64,000 nucleotides of DNA from Oceanispirochaeta sp. (lineage in GTDB: Bacteria > Spirochaetota > Spirochaetia > DSM-2461), in NCBI GenBank assembly GCA_963663385.2, contig CAXXXD010000002.1, forward strand, positions 1,280,001 through 1,344,000. Direction: 5' to 3'. Each line of letters begins with the position of its first letter. Position 1 is the first letter of the stretch. Both the position numbers and the translations under genes were made by a program. This document shows positions 29,874-40,286 of this stretch, piece after piece. The notes beneath the pieces are model-generated. The model was not told the origin of the DNA. It did not search any database and saw only the letters and a program-made list of their open reading frames with translations.

Positions 29874-31324
29874 ATCAGGATAAAATATCCTCCCTCTGGG
29901 AGCTGAGCAAACCCGGCAGAAGGGCTGTTGAGGTTCCCGCTTCCGATGTGCCGGGAGCAGAACTGCCTGATGATCTGCTGCGCAGGGAGGCTCCGGATCT
30001 GCCTGAAGTCAGCACTCTGGATCTGGTCAGGCACTATACAAATCTGTCCCGCCTTAACTTCAGCATTGACTCTCATTTCTATCCCCTGGGTTCCTGTACC
30101 ATGAAGTACAATCCCCGGATAAATGAGAAAACAGCCCGGCTGGAAGGTTTTACAGAGTCTCATCCCTATCTGCCGGAATCAGAACTTCAGGGATCTATTG
30201 AGCTTATGTACAAGCTTCAGAACAATCTGGCCGAACTGGCCGGTTTTACAGCCTGCAGCCTTCAGCCGGCAGCCGGTGCTCACGGAGAGCTGGCCGGTGT
30301 TATGATGATCAAGAAATATCATGAATCCCGGGGGGATGCCGGGCGTACCCGTTTTCTGATTCCCGATTCTGCTCACGGTACCAATCCCGCTTCGGTTGCC
30401 ATGGCCGGCTATGAGGCTGTGGAGGTTCCTTCGGACGAACGGGGGAATATCAACCTTGAGAAATTGAAAGAGTTATGTGACTCTTCCATTGCGGGAATTA
30501 TGATTACCAATCCCAATACACTGGGGCTCTTTGAGGAGAGGATCCTGGAAGTGCTCGAAGCGGTTCATGCCTGCGGCGCTCTGGCTTACGGGGACGGAGC
30601 CAATTTCAATGCCATCATGGGGATTGTTAAACCCGGTGAACTGGGATTTGATGTAATGCACTATAATGTCCATAAAACCCTGAGTACCCCTCACGGGGGA
30701 GGCGGACCCGGGGCCGGCCCTGTTGGAGTCAACGACAAACTGAAGCCCTTTCTGCCCGGACCGATTGCCCTAAAAAATGAGGACCCCCGGGTCAAGGAAG
30801 AGTACAGTCTCTTTATGCCCGATGATTCCATGGGCCGGTTGAAAAGTTTTTATGGGAATTTCGGAGTTCTTGTCCGCGCCTACACCTACATTGTCTCCCT
30901 GGGAGCTGATGGTCTGAAAGAGGCTTCAGAGATGGCTGTTCTCAACGCCAACTATCTGATGGAGAAGGTCCGGGATGTTTTCCCCGCCTGGTATGACCGC
31001 CGCTGTATGCACGAATTCGTCTCTTCCGGAGAAAGCGCTCCCGACGGCATTCATACCATGGATATCGCCAAGCGGCTGATTGACTACGGGTTCCATCCGC
31101 CAACGGTTTACTTTCCCCTGATTGTTCCGGAAGCCCTTATGGTGGAGCCCACGGAAACAGAGAGTCTGGAAATGCTGGATGCTTTTTCCGATGCCCTCCA
31201 CGCCATAGCCGCGGAAGCTGTATCCAATCCGGACCTGCTTCATGAGGCACCCCATAAGGAGCTGGTGAACAGGCTGGATGAAGTGAAAGCTGTGCGGAAT
31301 CCCGTACTGACAGAAACAAAATAA
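29870..31324 (+). CDS. gcvPB: Glycine dehydrogenase subunit 2
   Basis: PLGSCTMKYNP, SAHGTNPAS, PLP motif HKTLSTPHGGGGPG. Confidence 0.97.
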   Translation: MNQDKISSLWELSKPGRRAVEVPASDVPGAELPDDLLRREAPDLPEVSTLDLVRHYTNLSRLNFSIDSHFYPLGSCTMKYNPRINEKTARLEGFTESHPYLPESELQGSIELMYKLQNNLAELAGFTACSLQPAAGAHGELAGVMMIKKYHESRGDAGRTRFLIPDSAHGTNPASVAMAGYEAVEVPSDERGNINLEKLKELCDSSIAGIMITNPNTLGLFEERILEVLEAVHACGALAYGDGANFNAIMGIVKPGELGFDVMHYNVHKTLSTPHGGGGPGAGPVGVNDKLKPFLPGPIALKNEDPRVKEEYSLFMPDDSMGRLKSFYGNFGVLVRAYTYIVSLGADGLKEASEMAVLNANYLMEKVRDVFPAWYDRRCMHEFVSSGESAPDGIHTMDIAKRLIDYGFHPPTVYFPLIVPEALMVEPTETESLEMLDAFSDALHAIAAEAVSNPDLLHEAPHKELVNRLDEVKAVRNPVLTETK

Positions 31325-31350
31325 GGTTTGCAACAACAGCCCGGATCAAG

Positions 31351-31524
31351 ACCCCTCTCGATCTCCCTCTGATTGCATAGGCGAGCAGGAAGCTTGCTTC
31401 CGACCAGCCCCTCAGGGGAGAAGTAAATTTGATTCCCCCTCCTCGAGGAGGGGGTTAGGGGGAGGTCTGGGAGCTGGCTGGTAAAACCCTCACCCTTTAA
31501 TTCCCTCTCCCAGAGGGAGAGGGA
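31351..31524. repeat. Cluster of C-rich/G-rich REP-like palindromes between convergent genes
   Basis: ccccctcctc/gaggaggggg (31435-31454) and ccctctccc-aga-gggagaggg (31503-31523); related copies at 59090-59180 and 62031-62807. Confidence 0.8.
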
Positions 31525-31530
31525 GTGTTA

Positions 31531-33528
31531 TTAAAACAGTGACGAACGGATCTTCCGTATCCGGCTGATTTTGCGGACGGGGCACTGAAAGGGCTTATCC
31601 GGAACTTCCGTGCCCGTCAGCATGGCCTGAGACTCTTTTTCCTGCTCCAGTGAACGGGGAATAATGCGATGGATTATCAGGTCATAATCATCTGTGGGCA
31701 GGGTAATTTCCAGCTGATAGGCTCTGTTTCCAAGAACAGACTGAATCATCCTCAGTTTTCCCTGATAGTCCAGACCTTTTACAGTGGTGATCTCCCGGCG
31801 TATCATCCCCGGACGGATCTGATCTTTCGCATAGACAACTCCCCGGGAGATTCTCCCTCTCATTTCCTCTTTCTCTTCATCGGAAAATTCTCCTTCCTTT
31901 TCCACGCAGTCAAACAGAGTCTGAAGTTCTTCGTCGGGAAGCGGGGGGATTAAATCCTCTTTCGTACCAGCTGTCCTGTCGGGAAAAAGGGAGGGGAGTG
32001 TTTCATAATTCAGAGCGTAGTCTGCGGGTGAAGAGATTTTTCGACCCGGAGATTCCGTACGGGGGATGGTTTCGATTCCCATATCGTGCATGGCATCTTC
32101 CCATTCACGGCGGTCTTCCGCTGCCAGCAGATAGACTCCCTCCGCCAGTTTTCGGCGTATCAGAGTCAAAAGACGGCTGTTCTGCTGTATCAGGGGTATC
32201 CTGTCAGGTCTGACCTCTAGAATGACTCCTTCCCACAGGCGGAGTCCGTAATAATCCTCCTCCCAGTCCTTCAGGGAAAAACGGATATTCTGGGGCAGGC
32301 TGAGCTGAAAACGGTTCCGGATATCCTCTTCCAGTTCTTCCAGACTCAACCCGGCTTTCAGAAAGCGGCGGAAGGATGCATCGCTTATCTTCAGCTGGGC
32401 AAAGGAGTCGTAACGGTCCGGCTTCAGTACAAGAGACAGGGGAAGACTGAACGGTGTATCAGGAGTCAGGTTGGCATCGAAGGTGGCATGAAGAAACAGA
32501 GTCCCTGCTGCCTGACTCTCCTCATTGAAAAAAGAGGGGATCATGGGATGAACGGAGTAGATTCCGTTATTTTCCAGAAAGAAACCGAATCGTTTCAGAA
32601 CCCGGATAATGTGTCCCGGGCTTATGGATGCGCTTTCGCCGGAAAGGCGTTCGCTTAAAAGGAGAATCAGAGTTTCCAGGTCTTTCTCATTAAGGGCCGC
32701 CCCTTCCGGTATCTGATCGGCCAGGGAGGCAATCAGCTGACTGCAGCTGCTTACCCTGGAACGTTCTCTGGTACAGAGGGCACCCCAAAGCCACAGGAGC
32801 TGATCTTTCCGGTTCCGGGCGGAAAACTTTTTAAGATTTTCCACCTTCAGACGCCACTCTCTGCCGCTCTCCTTCAGCAGGGAGAGGGTTTTCAGGGAAT
32901 TCAGCAGCAGGTGCAAAACCTCATTTGGTTCATCCGTAAAACCGGCGGAAGGAAAAACTCTGATCAGGGAGGCTGTAAAGCGCTTTTTTATGGATCCGTC
33001 ACTATTGCAGATCTGACTGTCTTCGTTCAGAAGAGAGAGAAAACAGATCAGAAAGGAGCCATTAATCAGAGGGATTTCCGCTGGTGCGGGAACACTGCCG
33101 TTCCGGAACCGGATAAACTGAACGGGACCGAGCTTTCCTCTGATTTCATCGGGAATCAGGGGGGAGAGGATGAGGCCCATCTTATGGCCGGTTTTGTCAA
33201 AAAAAATCAGAAGCCTCTCTTCCAGGTTCATCAGACTGCTGCGGATTGTACTCGGAGAGAGGATCCCGCTGAAAAAATCAATCAGCGTACTATGATCGGG
33301 ATGGTCGAACCACTGAATGGCGGAGAGAATCTTGAGATCCCGGGAACTGATACGCAGGGCAATTTTCCGTGTATTGGCCGGAAGGGTCAGGAAGCCTGCC
33401 AGTCTGGCAAGGAGCTCATTCTTGTCATAGGGCGTTTGTACTCCTCCCAGATAGTTATTCATAATCTCCATAAAGACACTGTCCGGGAGATTTCTCATCA
33501 GTCTGTTCCACTCATCCCGCTTGTTCAT
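31531..33528 (-). CDS. XPB-associated protein (Helicase_C_3-like domain)
   Basis: Coupled to XPB (ATGA overlap); LPQNIRFSLKDWEEDY motif typical of the XPB partner domain. Confidence 0.75.
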   Translation of the reverse strand: MNKRDEWNRLMRNLPDSVFMEIMNNYLGGVQTPYDKNELLARLAGFLTLPANTRKIALRISSRDLKILSAIQWFDHPDHSTLIDFFSGILSPSTIRSSLMNLEERLLIFFDKTGHKMGLILSPLIPDEIRGKLGPVQFIRFRNGSVPAPAEIPLINGSFLICFLSLLNEDSQICNSDGSIKKRFTASLIRVFPSAGFTDEPNEVLHLLLNSLKTLSLLKESGREWRLKVENLKKFSARNRKDQLLWLWGALCTRERSRVSSCSQLIASLADQIPEGAALNEKDLETLILLLSERLSGESASISPGHIIRVLKRFGFFLENNGIYSVHPMIPSFFNEESQAAGTLFLHATFDANLTPDTPFSLPLSLVLKPDRYDSFAQLKISDASFRRFLKAGLSLEELEEDIRNRFQLSLPQNIRFSLKDWEEDYYGLRLWEGVILEVRPDRIPLIQQNSRLLTLIRRKLAEGVYLLAAEDRREWEDAMHDMGIETIPRTESPGRKISSPADYALNYETLPSLFPDRTAGTKEDLIPPLPDEELQTLFDCVEKEGEFSDEEKEEMRGRISRGVVYAKDQIRPGMIRREITTVKGLDYQGKLRMIQSVLGNRAYQLEITLPTDDYDLIIHRIIPRSLEQEKESQAMLTGTEVPDKPFQCPVRKISRIRKIRSSLF

Positions 33529-35198
33529 AGATCCTCCAGTCCCAGAGAAATGGTGTACTGATACCCCTGTTCGGTAAGGAACTTCTGACGGTTTCCCGCG
33601 TACTGCTCTTCAATGGTATAGCGGCTTACAAGGGAGTAGAACCAGGAGTCCTTTTCTTTCGGTCTGAGGATACGGCCCAGGCGCTGGGCCTCCTCCTGAC
33701 GGGAGCCGAAGGTTCCTGAAATCTGGATGGCCAGGGACGCATCGGGAAGGTCTATGGCAAAGTTTGCCACTTTTGATACGACAATTACCCGGGAGCGGCC
33801 CTGCCGGAAATCTTCGTATATGGATTCACGCTCCTTATTGGGAGTCTGGCCTGTAATAAGCGGCGCCTTCAGGATTTTTGCTATTGTTTTAAGCTGCTGA
33901 ACATACTGACCTATTATCAGAGTAGCATCATCCGGGTGACGTTCCAGAATCTCTTTAACCATCTCCATTTTGGCCGGGTTTTCTGCGGCCAGCCGGAATT
34001 TCTGTCTTTTATCGGCTATGGCATAGGGTATCTTAAGTTCTTCGGGAAGATCCAGTCGAATCTCATGACACCAGGCTGTGGCGATCCACCCCCCCGCTTC
34101 CAGCTCTTTCCAGGGCACGTCGTATCGTTTGGGACCTACAAGAGAGAACACATCCTCTTCCGCTCCGTCTTCCCTGACCAGGGTTGCTGTCAGTCCCAGG
34201 CGGCGGACAGCCTGAATCTCTGCGGTCACCCTGAATACGGGTGCCGGCAGAAGGTGTACCTCATCGTAAATAATAAGGCCCCAGTTACCTTTGCGGAAGA
34301 GGGAGAAGTGCAGGTATTCACTCTCCCTGTCCTTTCGCCAGATAAGGATCTGGTAGGTTCCGATGGTGACAGGCCTGATGTCTTTTCTCTCACCCGTATA
34401 TTCACCAATGTCCTCTTCCCGCAGGTCTGTTTTTTCCAGAAGTTCCCGGCGCCATTGATGGACCGCTGCCACGTTGGTTGTCAAAATAAGGGTGCTGGTC
34501 TGCAGGCGGCTCATGGTTGTCATACCGATAACCGTTTTTCCGCCGCCGCAGGGAACCACTACCGTCCCGAAACCGGTACCGGGCTGGTTTTTACCGATAA
34601 AGGATTTAACCGCATCTTCCTGATAGTCTCTGATGCAAAATGGTTTTCCCCCGGGGAGTTCCTTCTTCAGGTTGATCTGACAGGGATCGCCATCTTTAAG
34701 AGGGGCCAGATCTTCGACGGGAAATCCGGCTTTAATCAGAATAAGCTTAATGGTTCCCCTGTCCACCAGATTCAGAAAAAAACCCTCCTCACCGGTGGTC
34801 AGGTACTTTTTCAGGGTTTTAAGATGGCTGATTTCCAGAAGAAGCACAGGATTCTCAATCCGAAGGAAGAGTACGTTTTCATCTTCAGTTGCTTCCAGTT
34901 TCAGCATCCCGTAGCGAGATAGAGTACTTCTAATAAAATAATTCACGTTCTCAGGTACGGGGAAACGGGAGTGGCGGTTCAGATTCTCAATAATTTCCTC
35001 TTCTCCCATACCGGCGGAAGCGGCATTCCAGAGGGAGAGGGGGCTCATACGGTAGGTATGAATATGTTCAGGAGATTTTTCCAGTTCAGCAAAAGGGCTT
35101 ATATCGGATCGGGCTTCATCAAAACCCGGATTGTGAACATCCAGCAGCAGGGAGTGGTCTCCCTGAACAATAAGAGGGCGAATTCCTGTATCAGTCAT
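33525..35198 (-). CDS. XPB/Ssl2-family DNA repair helicase
   Basis: PLIVQGD, ELEKSPEHIHTY, PCGGGKT, DEVH, GLTAT, QEEAQRLGRILRPK. Confidence 0.93.
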   Translation of the reverse strand: MTDTGIRPLIVQGDHSLLLDVHNPGFDEARSDISPFAELEKSPEHIHTYRMSPLSLWNAASAGMGEEEIIENLNRHSRFPVPENVNYFIRSTLSRYGMLKLEATEDENVLFLRIENPVLLLEISHLKTLKKYLTTGEEGFFLNLVDRGTIKLILIKAGFPVEDLAPLKDGDPCQINLKKELPGGKPFCIRDYQEDAVKSFIGKNQPGTGFGTVVVPCGGGKTVIGMTTMSRLQTSTLILTTNVAAVHQWRRELLEKTDLREEDIGEYTGERKDIRPVTIGTYQILIWRKDRESEYLHFSLFRKGNWGLIIYDEVHLLPAPVFRVTAEIQAVRRLGLTATLVREDGAEEDVFSLVGPKRYDVPWKELEAGGWIATAWCHEIRLDLPEELKIPYAIADKRQKFRLAAENPAKMEMVKEILERHPDDATLIIGQYVQQLKTIAKILKAPLITGQTPNKERESIYEDFRQGRSRVIVVSKVANFAIDLPDASLAIQISGTFGSRQEEAQRLGRILRPKEKDSWFYSLVSRYTIEEQYAGNRQKFLTEQGYQYTISLGLEDL

Positions 35199-35353
35199 AA
35201 CCAGCTATTCTATATCTTATGGCAGATAATGACAATAATGACCTGATTCCCGGGAACCATGATTGACTTTTACGGTATTCGAAGATTAAGCTGGGAAAAC
35301 AAACTCATTATTATAATTTAAATATAGCGTAAAAAACAGGATAATATATTGTT

Positions 35354-37282
35354 ATGAAACGAAGAAAATGGTTTTATCCCCTGATCATTCTTATCTATGT
35401 ATTTTTCATGATGCCTTTTGTATATTATCACTACCATCATACCAAAACCGATATTCTTAACCATCTGGATTCAGAGCTGTATAAGGCGGCCTGCAACCTT
35501 GAGATTCTCCTTGAAAAGGATTTTTTCGATACCTGGAATCCGGAGAGGCCATTACCTGAAGCAGATTATCAAATAGTGAAAAACAGACTCAACCGGTATG
35601 TCAGCAACCTTGACATAGAGTACGTGTATTCTATGGTTAAGCGGGAAAACGGTATCTATTTTGTTGTGAGCAACGAAACCGAAGAAGATATTAAAAGGGG
35701 AACACCAAGCCTTTTCTACACCCCCTATCCTGTTCCTCCGGAAGATCTGCTTAAGGCATTTGAAACGGGAAAAGTCGTATACCATTCATCCTATACCAAT
35801 ATCTGGAACAGTTACTACTCTGTTTTTGTCCCCAGGTACACAAAAGCCGGTTTACCCTATGTACTGGCCGCAGATATTAAAATGGAAGATCAGAAAAGTG
35901 CATTGAACGATAGTGTTTCCCAGCTGATTTTAACGATTCTATTACTGCTACTGCCGATTATTCCCTTTTACATAATCCTGTCTGTTCAGGGAAAGAACCG
36001 GGAGCAGGAGCTATTGAATCAGTTATTTACCGACTCACTGACGGGTCTTCCCAACAGAAAGAAATTTATCAGGGATAAGGAGTTTTCCTTTCTGCCCGGG
36101 ACCTCGGCCATAATGCTGGATATAGATTCCTTTCGGGAGATTAATAACCTGTTTGGAGGACGAACAGGCGATCGTGTTCTGTGTCATACAGCGGAAATAC
36201 TGAAATCCCACTGTGGTTCCGGAGATATCCTCTACAAGTTTCCGGCCGATGAATTTGTCATCCTGGTACAGAACAGGAGCCGGCGGGAGATTCAGGAACT
36301 GACAACCCGTATCCTCCAGGCTTTTTCCAACAGCCCCTTCCTTACAAAAGGGCAGTCCCTGAGCCTGTCTATCAGCGCAGGTATTGCTTTTGAACCGGAA
36401 TCTCAGAGAAAACTCCTTTCTTCCGCCAATATTGCCAAAAATCAGGCTAAAAGGGACAGGAAAGGTTATGTCCTGTACGAAGAATCCATGAATCTGGAGG
36501 ATCAGTACTCCATGAACTACTTCTGGCTGAACTCCCTGAAGGAAGCCCTGCTGGAGGAGCGTATACTTCCCTATTACCAGCCTATCTACCATAATCCTTC
36601 CGGCAGGATCAACAAGTTTGAAGCTCTTGTACGCCTTATAGACAAGGACGGGAATGCTGTTACTCCTGATAGATTCCTGCCTGTCGCCAAAAAGAGCAAA
36701 CTGTATAAACAGATTACTTTTGCAATGGTAAAAAGGGTTTTTCGGGATTTCATGAAAAACTCCCACAGGGTAAGCATAAACCTTTCTGTCAGAGATCTGC
36801 TGGATGATGACACGATCAGCTATCTTCTGGATATGGTGGAGGAATATCAGATGCAGGGCCGTCTTGTGGTGGAACTCCTGGAATCGGAATCCCTGCTGGG
36901 GATGGATAATCTGAAAAGCCTGCTCTGCAGCCTGCGCAGGAAGGGAATTGCCATTGCCATTGATGACTTCGGGAGCGGTTACTCCAATTTCTCCTATCTT
37001 TCAAACATTCCTGTGGATTTTATGAAAATAGACGGCTCCCTGATCCGGAGCCTGATGAGCAACAAGTCTTCCGAAGCGGTGGTTACAGCCATTTCCGCTT
37101 TTTCAAAAGATCTGGGCATTCCCCTTATTGCCGAATTTGTCCCGGACGGGGATACCCTTGAAAAGCTGATTTCTCTGGGAGTGGAATTCTCACAGGGTTA
37201 CTACATCGGCCGGCCTGTCCCCATTGAAGAACTGTCTATCCAGGCGGATTTCAGGCTTCTGAAGGATGGAAGCAGGCTGTAA
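35354..37282 (+). CDS. Membrane GGDEF-EAL protein (degenerate GGDEF: PADEF)
   Basis: TDSLTGLPNR, KFPADEF, FEALVRL, DDFGSGYS. Confidence 0.9.
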   Translation: MKRRKWFYPLIILIYVFFMMPFVYYHYHHTKTDILNHLDSELYKAACNLEILLEKDFFDTWNPERPLPEADYQIVKNRLNRYVSNLDIEYVYSMVKRENGIYFVVSNETEEDIKRGTPSLFYTPYPVPPEDLLKAFETGKVVYHSSYTNIWNSYYSVFVPRYTKAGLPYVLAADIKMEDQKSALNDSVSQLILTILLLLLPIIPFYIILSVQGKNREQELLNQLFTDSLTGLPNRKKFIRDKEFSFLPGTSAIMLDIDSFREINNLFGGRTGDRVLCHTAEILKSHCGSGDILYKFPADEFVILVQNRSRREIQELTTRILQAFSNSPFLTKGQSLSLSISAGIAFEPESQRKLLSSANIAKNQAKRDRKGYVLYEESMNLEDQYSMNYFWLNSLKEALLEERILPYYQPIYHNPSGRINKFEALVRLIDKDGNAVTPDRFLPVAKKSKLYKQITFAMVKRVFRDFMKNSHRVSINLSVRDLLDDDTISYLLDMVEEYQMQGRLVVELLESESLLGMDNLKSLLCSLRRKGIAIAIDDFGSGYSNFSYLSNIPVDFMKIDGSLIRSLMSNKSSEAVVTAISAFSKDLGIPLIAEFVPDGDTLEKLISLGVEFSQGYYIGRPVPIEELSIQADFRLLKDGSRL

Positions 37283-38246
37283 AGTGCCTTTCTCCTTTTT
37301 CTTCCATGGGAGGGAAACCCAGGCACTTTTCCGATCTCGATCCGCAGCGGTGATAAAAGGGACAGCCTTTTAACTCTTTCGTGGCGTCAAATGGTTCGAA
37401 TCCGCTTAAATTCAGGTTCCTGTCCATACGGGACGGGATACTGTCATAAAGCAGCCTGGTATAGGGGTGGTAACGATTCCGCACCAGGCTCCCGGCAGGG
37501 GCTTCCTCCATAAGACGTCCCCGGTACATAACCCCGATTCTGTCACAGAGGTAGGTGGTCACGGTCAGATCGTGAGCGATAAACAGCATGGTGAGGCGGA
37601 ATTTCTCCTTCAGTTCAAGCAGAAGGTTCAGAATCTGGCTCTGAATGGAAACATCCAGGGCGGAAACAACCTCATCGCAGATGAGAAGTTCCGGTTTCAT
37701 TATCAGGGCGCGGGCTATGGATATCCTCTGCCGCTGACCGCCGGAAAAATCCGAGGGACGGCGGTTCAGGTCATCCGGAGAGAGGCCTACGGTTCGCATC
37801 ATTTCAGCCGCTTCCTCTCTTGCCCTGTTCTCTCCGGGCCAGGCGGGAGACTGCTTGTATCCGGCTGTCAGGATCCGGTAGATGGTCATACGGGGATTCA
37901 GAGAGCGGGCCGGATCCTGAAATACATACTTGACTCTGCTTCGGTATTCAAACAGTTCCTTTTTTCTCAGTTCAGAGAGTTTGAGGACCCGGTTTTCCTT
38001 TTGGGTGGAACCGCCCCTGTAATAGAGAATTTCCCCCCCGTCCTGCCTGTACATCTGAATGGCCAGACGGGCCAGGGTTGTTTTCCCGCAGCCCGATTCG
38101 CCCACCAGGCCGTAACATTCCCCCCGGTGGAGTTTGATGCTCACATCGTTTACGGCATACACAAAGCGTCCGTACCTGGCAAAAAGACCTGCTTCCAGGG
38201 GAAAGTGCTTTTCCAGATTATTCATTTCCAGCAGCAGTTCACTCAT
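37251..38246 (-). CDS. Oligopeptide ABC transporter ATP-binding protein (OppF/DppF-like)
   Basis: GESGCGKT, FSGGQRQR, HPYT, C-terminal Cys cluster. Confidence 0.92.
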   Translation of the reverse strand: MSELLLEMNNLEKHFPLEAGLFARYGRFVYAVNDVSIKLHRGECYGLVGESGCGKTTLARLAIQMYRQDGGEILYYRGGSTQKENRVLKLSELRKKELFEYRSRVKYVFQDPARSLNPRMTIYRILTAGYKQSPAWPGENRAREEAAEMMRTVGLSPDDLNRRPSDFSGGQRQRISIARALIMKPELLICDEVVSALDVSIQSQILNLLLELKEKFRLTMLFIAHDLTVTTYLCDRIGVMYRGRLMEEAPAGSLVRNRYHPYTRLLYDSIPSRMDRNLNLSGFEPFDATKELKGCPFYHRCGSRSEKCLGFPPMEEKGERHFTACFHPSEA

Positions 38247-39207
38247 GGGCATTCCCCCTCAGGATGCAGCGTATTTTCCTTCCATCCTCTTTCTTTACGG
38301 AAGGGATGTTTTCCGTACAGCCTGAAAGGGCTTCGGGGCAGCGGGGGGCAAAGGGGCAGCCCGGTTCCGGGTTGATCGGATCGGGAACCGTGCCGGGAAT
38401 GGCTGTAAGTTTATCCGTTGTATAGTGGCTCCCGAAGGAGGGCATGGCATGAAGAAGCCCTTTGCTGTAGGGATGAAGCGGTTTTTTGTATATCTTTTCC
38501 GAGTCCCCCTCTTCCATAATCAGTCCCCCGTACATAACAAGTATCCGGTCGGCCACACGGCTTACAAGGTCCAGGTCGTGACTGATAAAGATTATCCCCA
38601 TTCCCCTTGACTCCCGCAGCTTCAGAAGCAACTCAATAATCTGGGCCTGAATGGTAACGTCCAGGGCTGTTGTCGCCTCGTCTGCAATAAGCAGCCGGGG
38701 ATCGGATGCCAGAGCCAGGGCAATCATCATCCTCTGGAGCTGGCCTCCCGAAAACTGATGGGGGAAGTTTCCCAGCCTGTTCTCTGGCTGGGGGATCTGA
38801 ACTTCCCTCATCAGCTCCAGAGTCCTCTCCCTCAGTTTTTCATCCGGTTCTCCGGTGTACTGCAGGCGCAGGGTTTCCCGGAAGGTTTTCTCCATATTGT
38901 AGAGGGGATCAAAAGATCGTCCGGGTTCCTGAAAGATCATGGCAATCTTTTTGCCCCGGAATTCCGGGAGCTCTTTTTTCTCCAGATGACCCACATTAAT
39001 CCCGTCTAACAGGATGTCCCCTTCTATCCGGGCGTAATCCGGCAGCAGGCGCATCAGCGACTGGGCTGTTACGGATTTTCCCGATCCGCTCTCACCTACG
39101 ATTCCCAGAATCTCTCCCTGCTCCATGGAGAGGCTTACTCCTCTGACGGCTTTGAGTTCTCCCCGTCTGAGAGGGAAGGTCACTTTAAGATTTTCAACTT
39201 CCAGCAT
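38239..39207 (-). CDS. Oligopeptide ABC transporter ATP-binding protein (OppD/DppD-like)
   Basis: GESGSGKS, PHQFSGG, TALDVTIQAQI. Confidence 0.92.
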   Translation of the reverse strand: MLEVENLKVTFPLRRGELKAVRGVSLSMEQGEILGIVGESGSGKSVTAQSLMRLLPDYARIEGDILLDGINVGHLEKKELPEFRGKKIAMIFQEPGRSFDPLYNMEKTFRETLRLQYTGEPDEKLRERTLELMREVQIPQPENRLGNFPHQFSGGQLQRMMIALALASDPRLLIADEATTALDVTIQAQIIELLLKLRESRGMGIIFISHDLDLVSRVADRILVMYGGLIMEEGDSEKIYKKPLHPYSKGLLHAMPSFGSHYTTDKLTAIPGTVPDPINPEPGCPFAPRCPEALSGCTENIPSVKKEDGRKIRCILRGNAHE

Positions 39208-40286
39208 TATCTGAGCCCTCCCTTATCACGGTGCCAGGGATCCAGGTAGTCCCGCAGCAGGTCGCCCAGAAAGTTGAATGCCAGGGTCGTGATGAGCAGA
39301 AAAAGACCTGGAATCAAAAACCAGGGGAAATTCATCAGGTTGCTGAGAGTGGAAATCTCCCGGTTAATCAGGCTTCCCCAGCTGACGGCGGGATCCACAA
39401 TCCCCAGCCCCAGATAGGAGAGAACGGTCTCTCCCAGGATAAAGCCGGGAATTCCCAGAGCTATGCTCACGATAATGATGGACGACATCTGGGGGATGAT
39501 CTGCCGGAAGATAATGGAGAGGGTGGGGATCCCCTCCAGTACGGCGTTGGAGATAAAATCCTCCCGTTTTATGCTGTGCACCAGTCCCCGTATCAGACGG
39601 GCCGATCCGGGCCAGCCCACAAAGGAGAGGATTACGACAATGACCATATAGGACTGTCCGCTGGTCATGCTCCGGGACAGGATGGACCGCAGAAAGAGGA
39701 TCAGGTACAGTCCGGGGATCAGGATGAAAAACTCGGAAAACCGCATAATAAGCCAATCCACCTTTCCCCCGTAGAACCCCGCCAGGCCTCCGAAGGTAAT
39801 GGCCAGGGTCATGGAGATGGCTATGCCGATAAAACCGATTGTAAGGCTGATGCGGCTGCCGTAGAGGATACGGGAGAAGAGGTCCCGTCCCAGGTTGTCC
39901 GATCCCATAAGGAATACCGGGTAGGCTTCAGAATCAGAACTCCCTTCAATCCCGAATAAATGGCGTTTCATTGGTATAGCATTCCATAATTTGTATGGAG
40001 TCCCTTTCGGAAAAAAACGAACCTTTATATATTCTCCTTTTATTCGTGCATATTCCCAGGTTAGTTCATTAATAACCTGTCTTTGCTGGATTTGTGGCCC
40101 GAACCCCAGTTCATGGGAGTACCATTGCAGATTCGGTGGATGGTAGCTGTGGTGAGCAAAGCTATTGGAGGGAGTGTACGGAGAAATAAACTCGGCAAAA
40201 ATCAGCATGAAATATAACAGGAAGAGTATAATAAGAGAAATAAACGCTGTCGGTCTGTGAAGGGATGCTTTTAAGAAGCTTTTCAT
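39207..40286 (-). CDS. Oligopeptide ABC transporter permease (OppC-like)
   Basis: GSDNLGRDLFSRILYGSRISL, LSYLGLG, FNFLGDLLRD. Confidence 0.92.
   Translation of the reverse strand: MKSFLKASLHRPTAFISLIILFLLYFMLIFAEFISPYTPSNSFAHHSYHPPNLQWYSHELGFGPQIQQRQVINELTWEYARIKGEYIKVRFFPKGTPYKLWNAIPMKRHLFGIEGSSDSEAYPVFLMGSDNLGRDLFSRILYGSRISLTIGFIGIAISMTLAITFGGLAGFYGGKVDWLIMRFSEFFILIPGLYLILFLRSILSRSMTSGQSYMVIVVILSFVGWPGSARLIRGLVHSIKREDFISNAVLEGIPTLSIIFRQIIPQMSSIIIVSIALGIPGFILGETVLSYLGLGIVDPAVSWGSLINREISTLSNLMNFPWFLIPGLFLLITTLAFNFLGDLLRDYLDPWHRDKGGLR

Noticed and set aside
31369..31407. Nested motif as a hammerhead ribozyme
   Set aside because: It has a three-stem layout but lacks the CUGANGA and GAAA core on either strand.
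33936..34922. Long antisense ORFs (also 37467-38375, 49807-50952, 56410-57189, 57720-58943)
   Set aside because: They lie opposite well-supported genes and show no recognisable motifs; shadow ORFs.
31531..35198. XPB plus partner as a novel system
   Set aside because: This pairing is already known in bacteria (e.g. actinobacteria); used here only as a comparator for the SNF2 pair.
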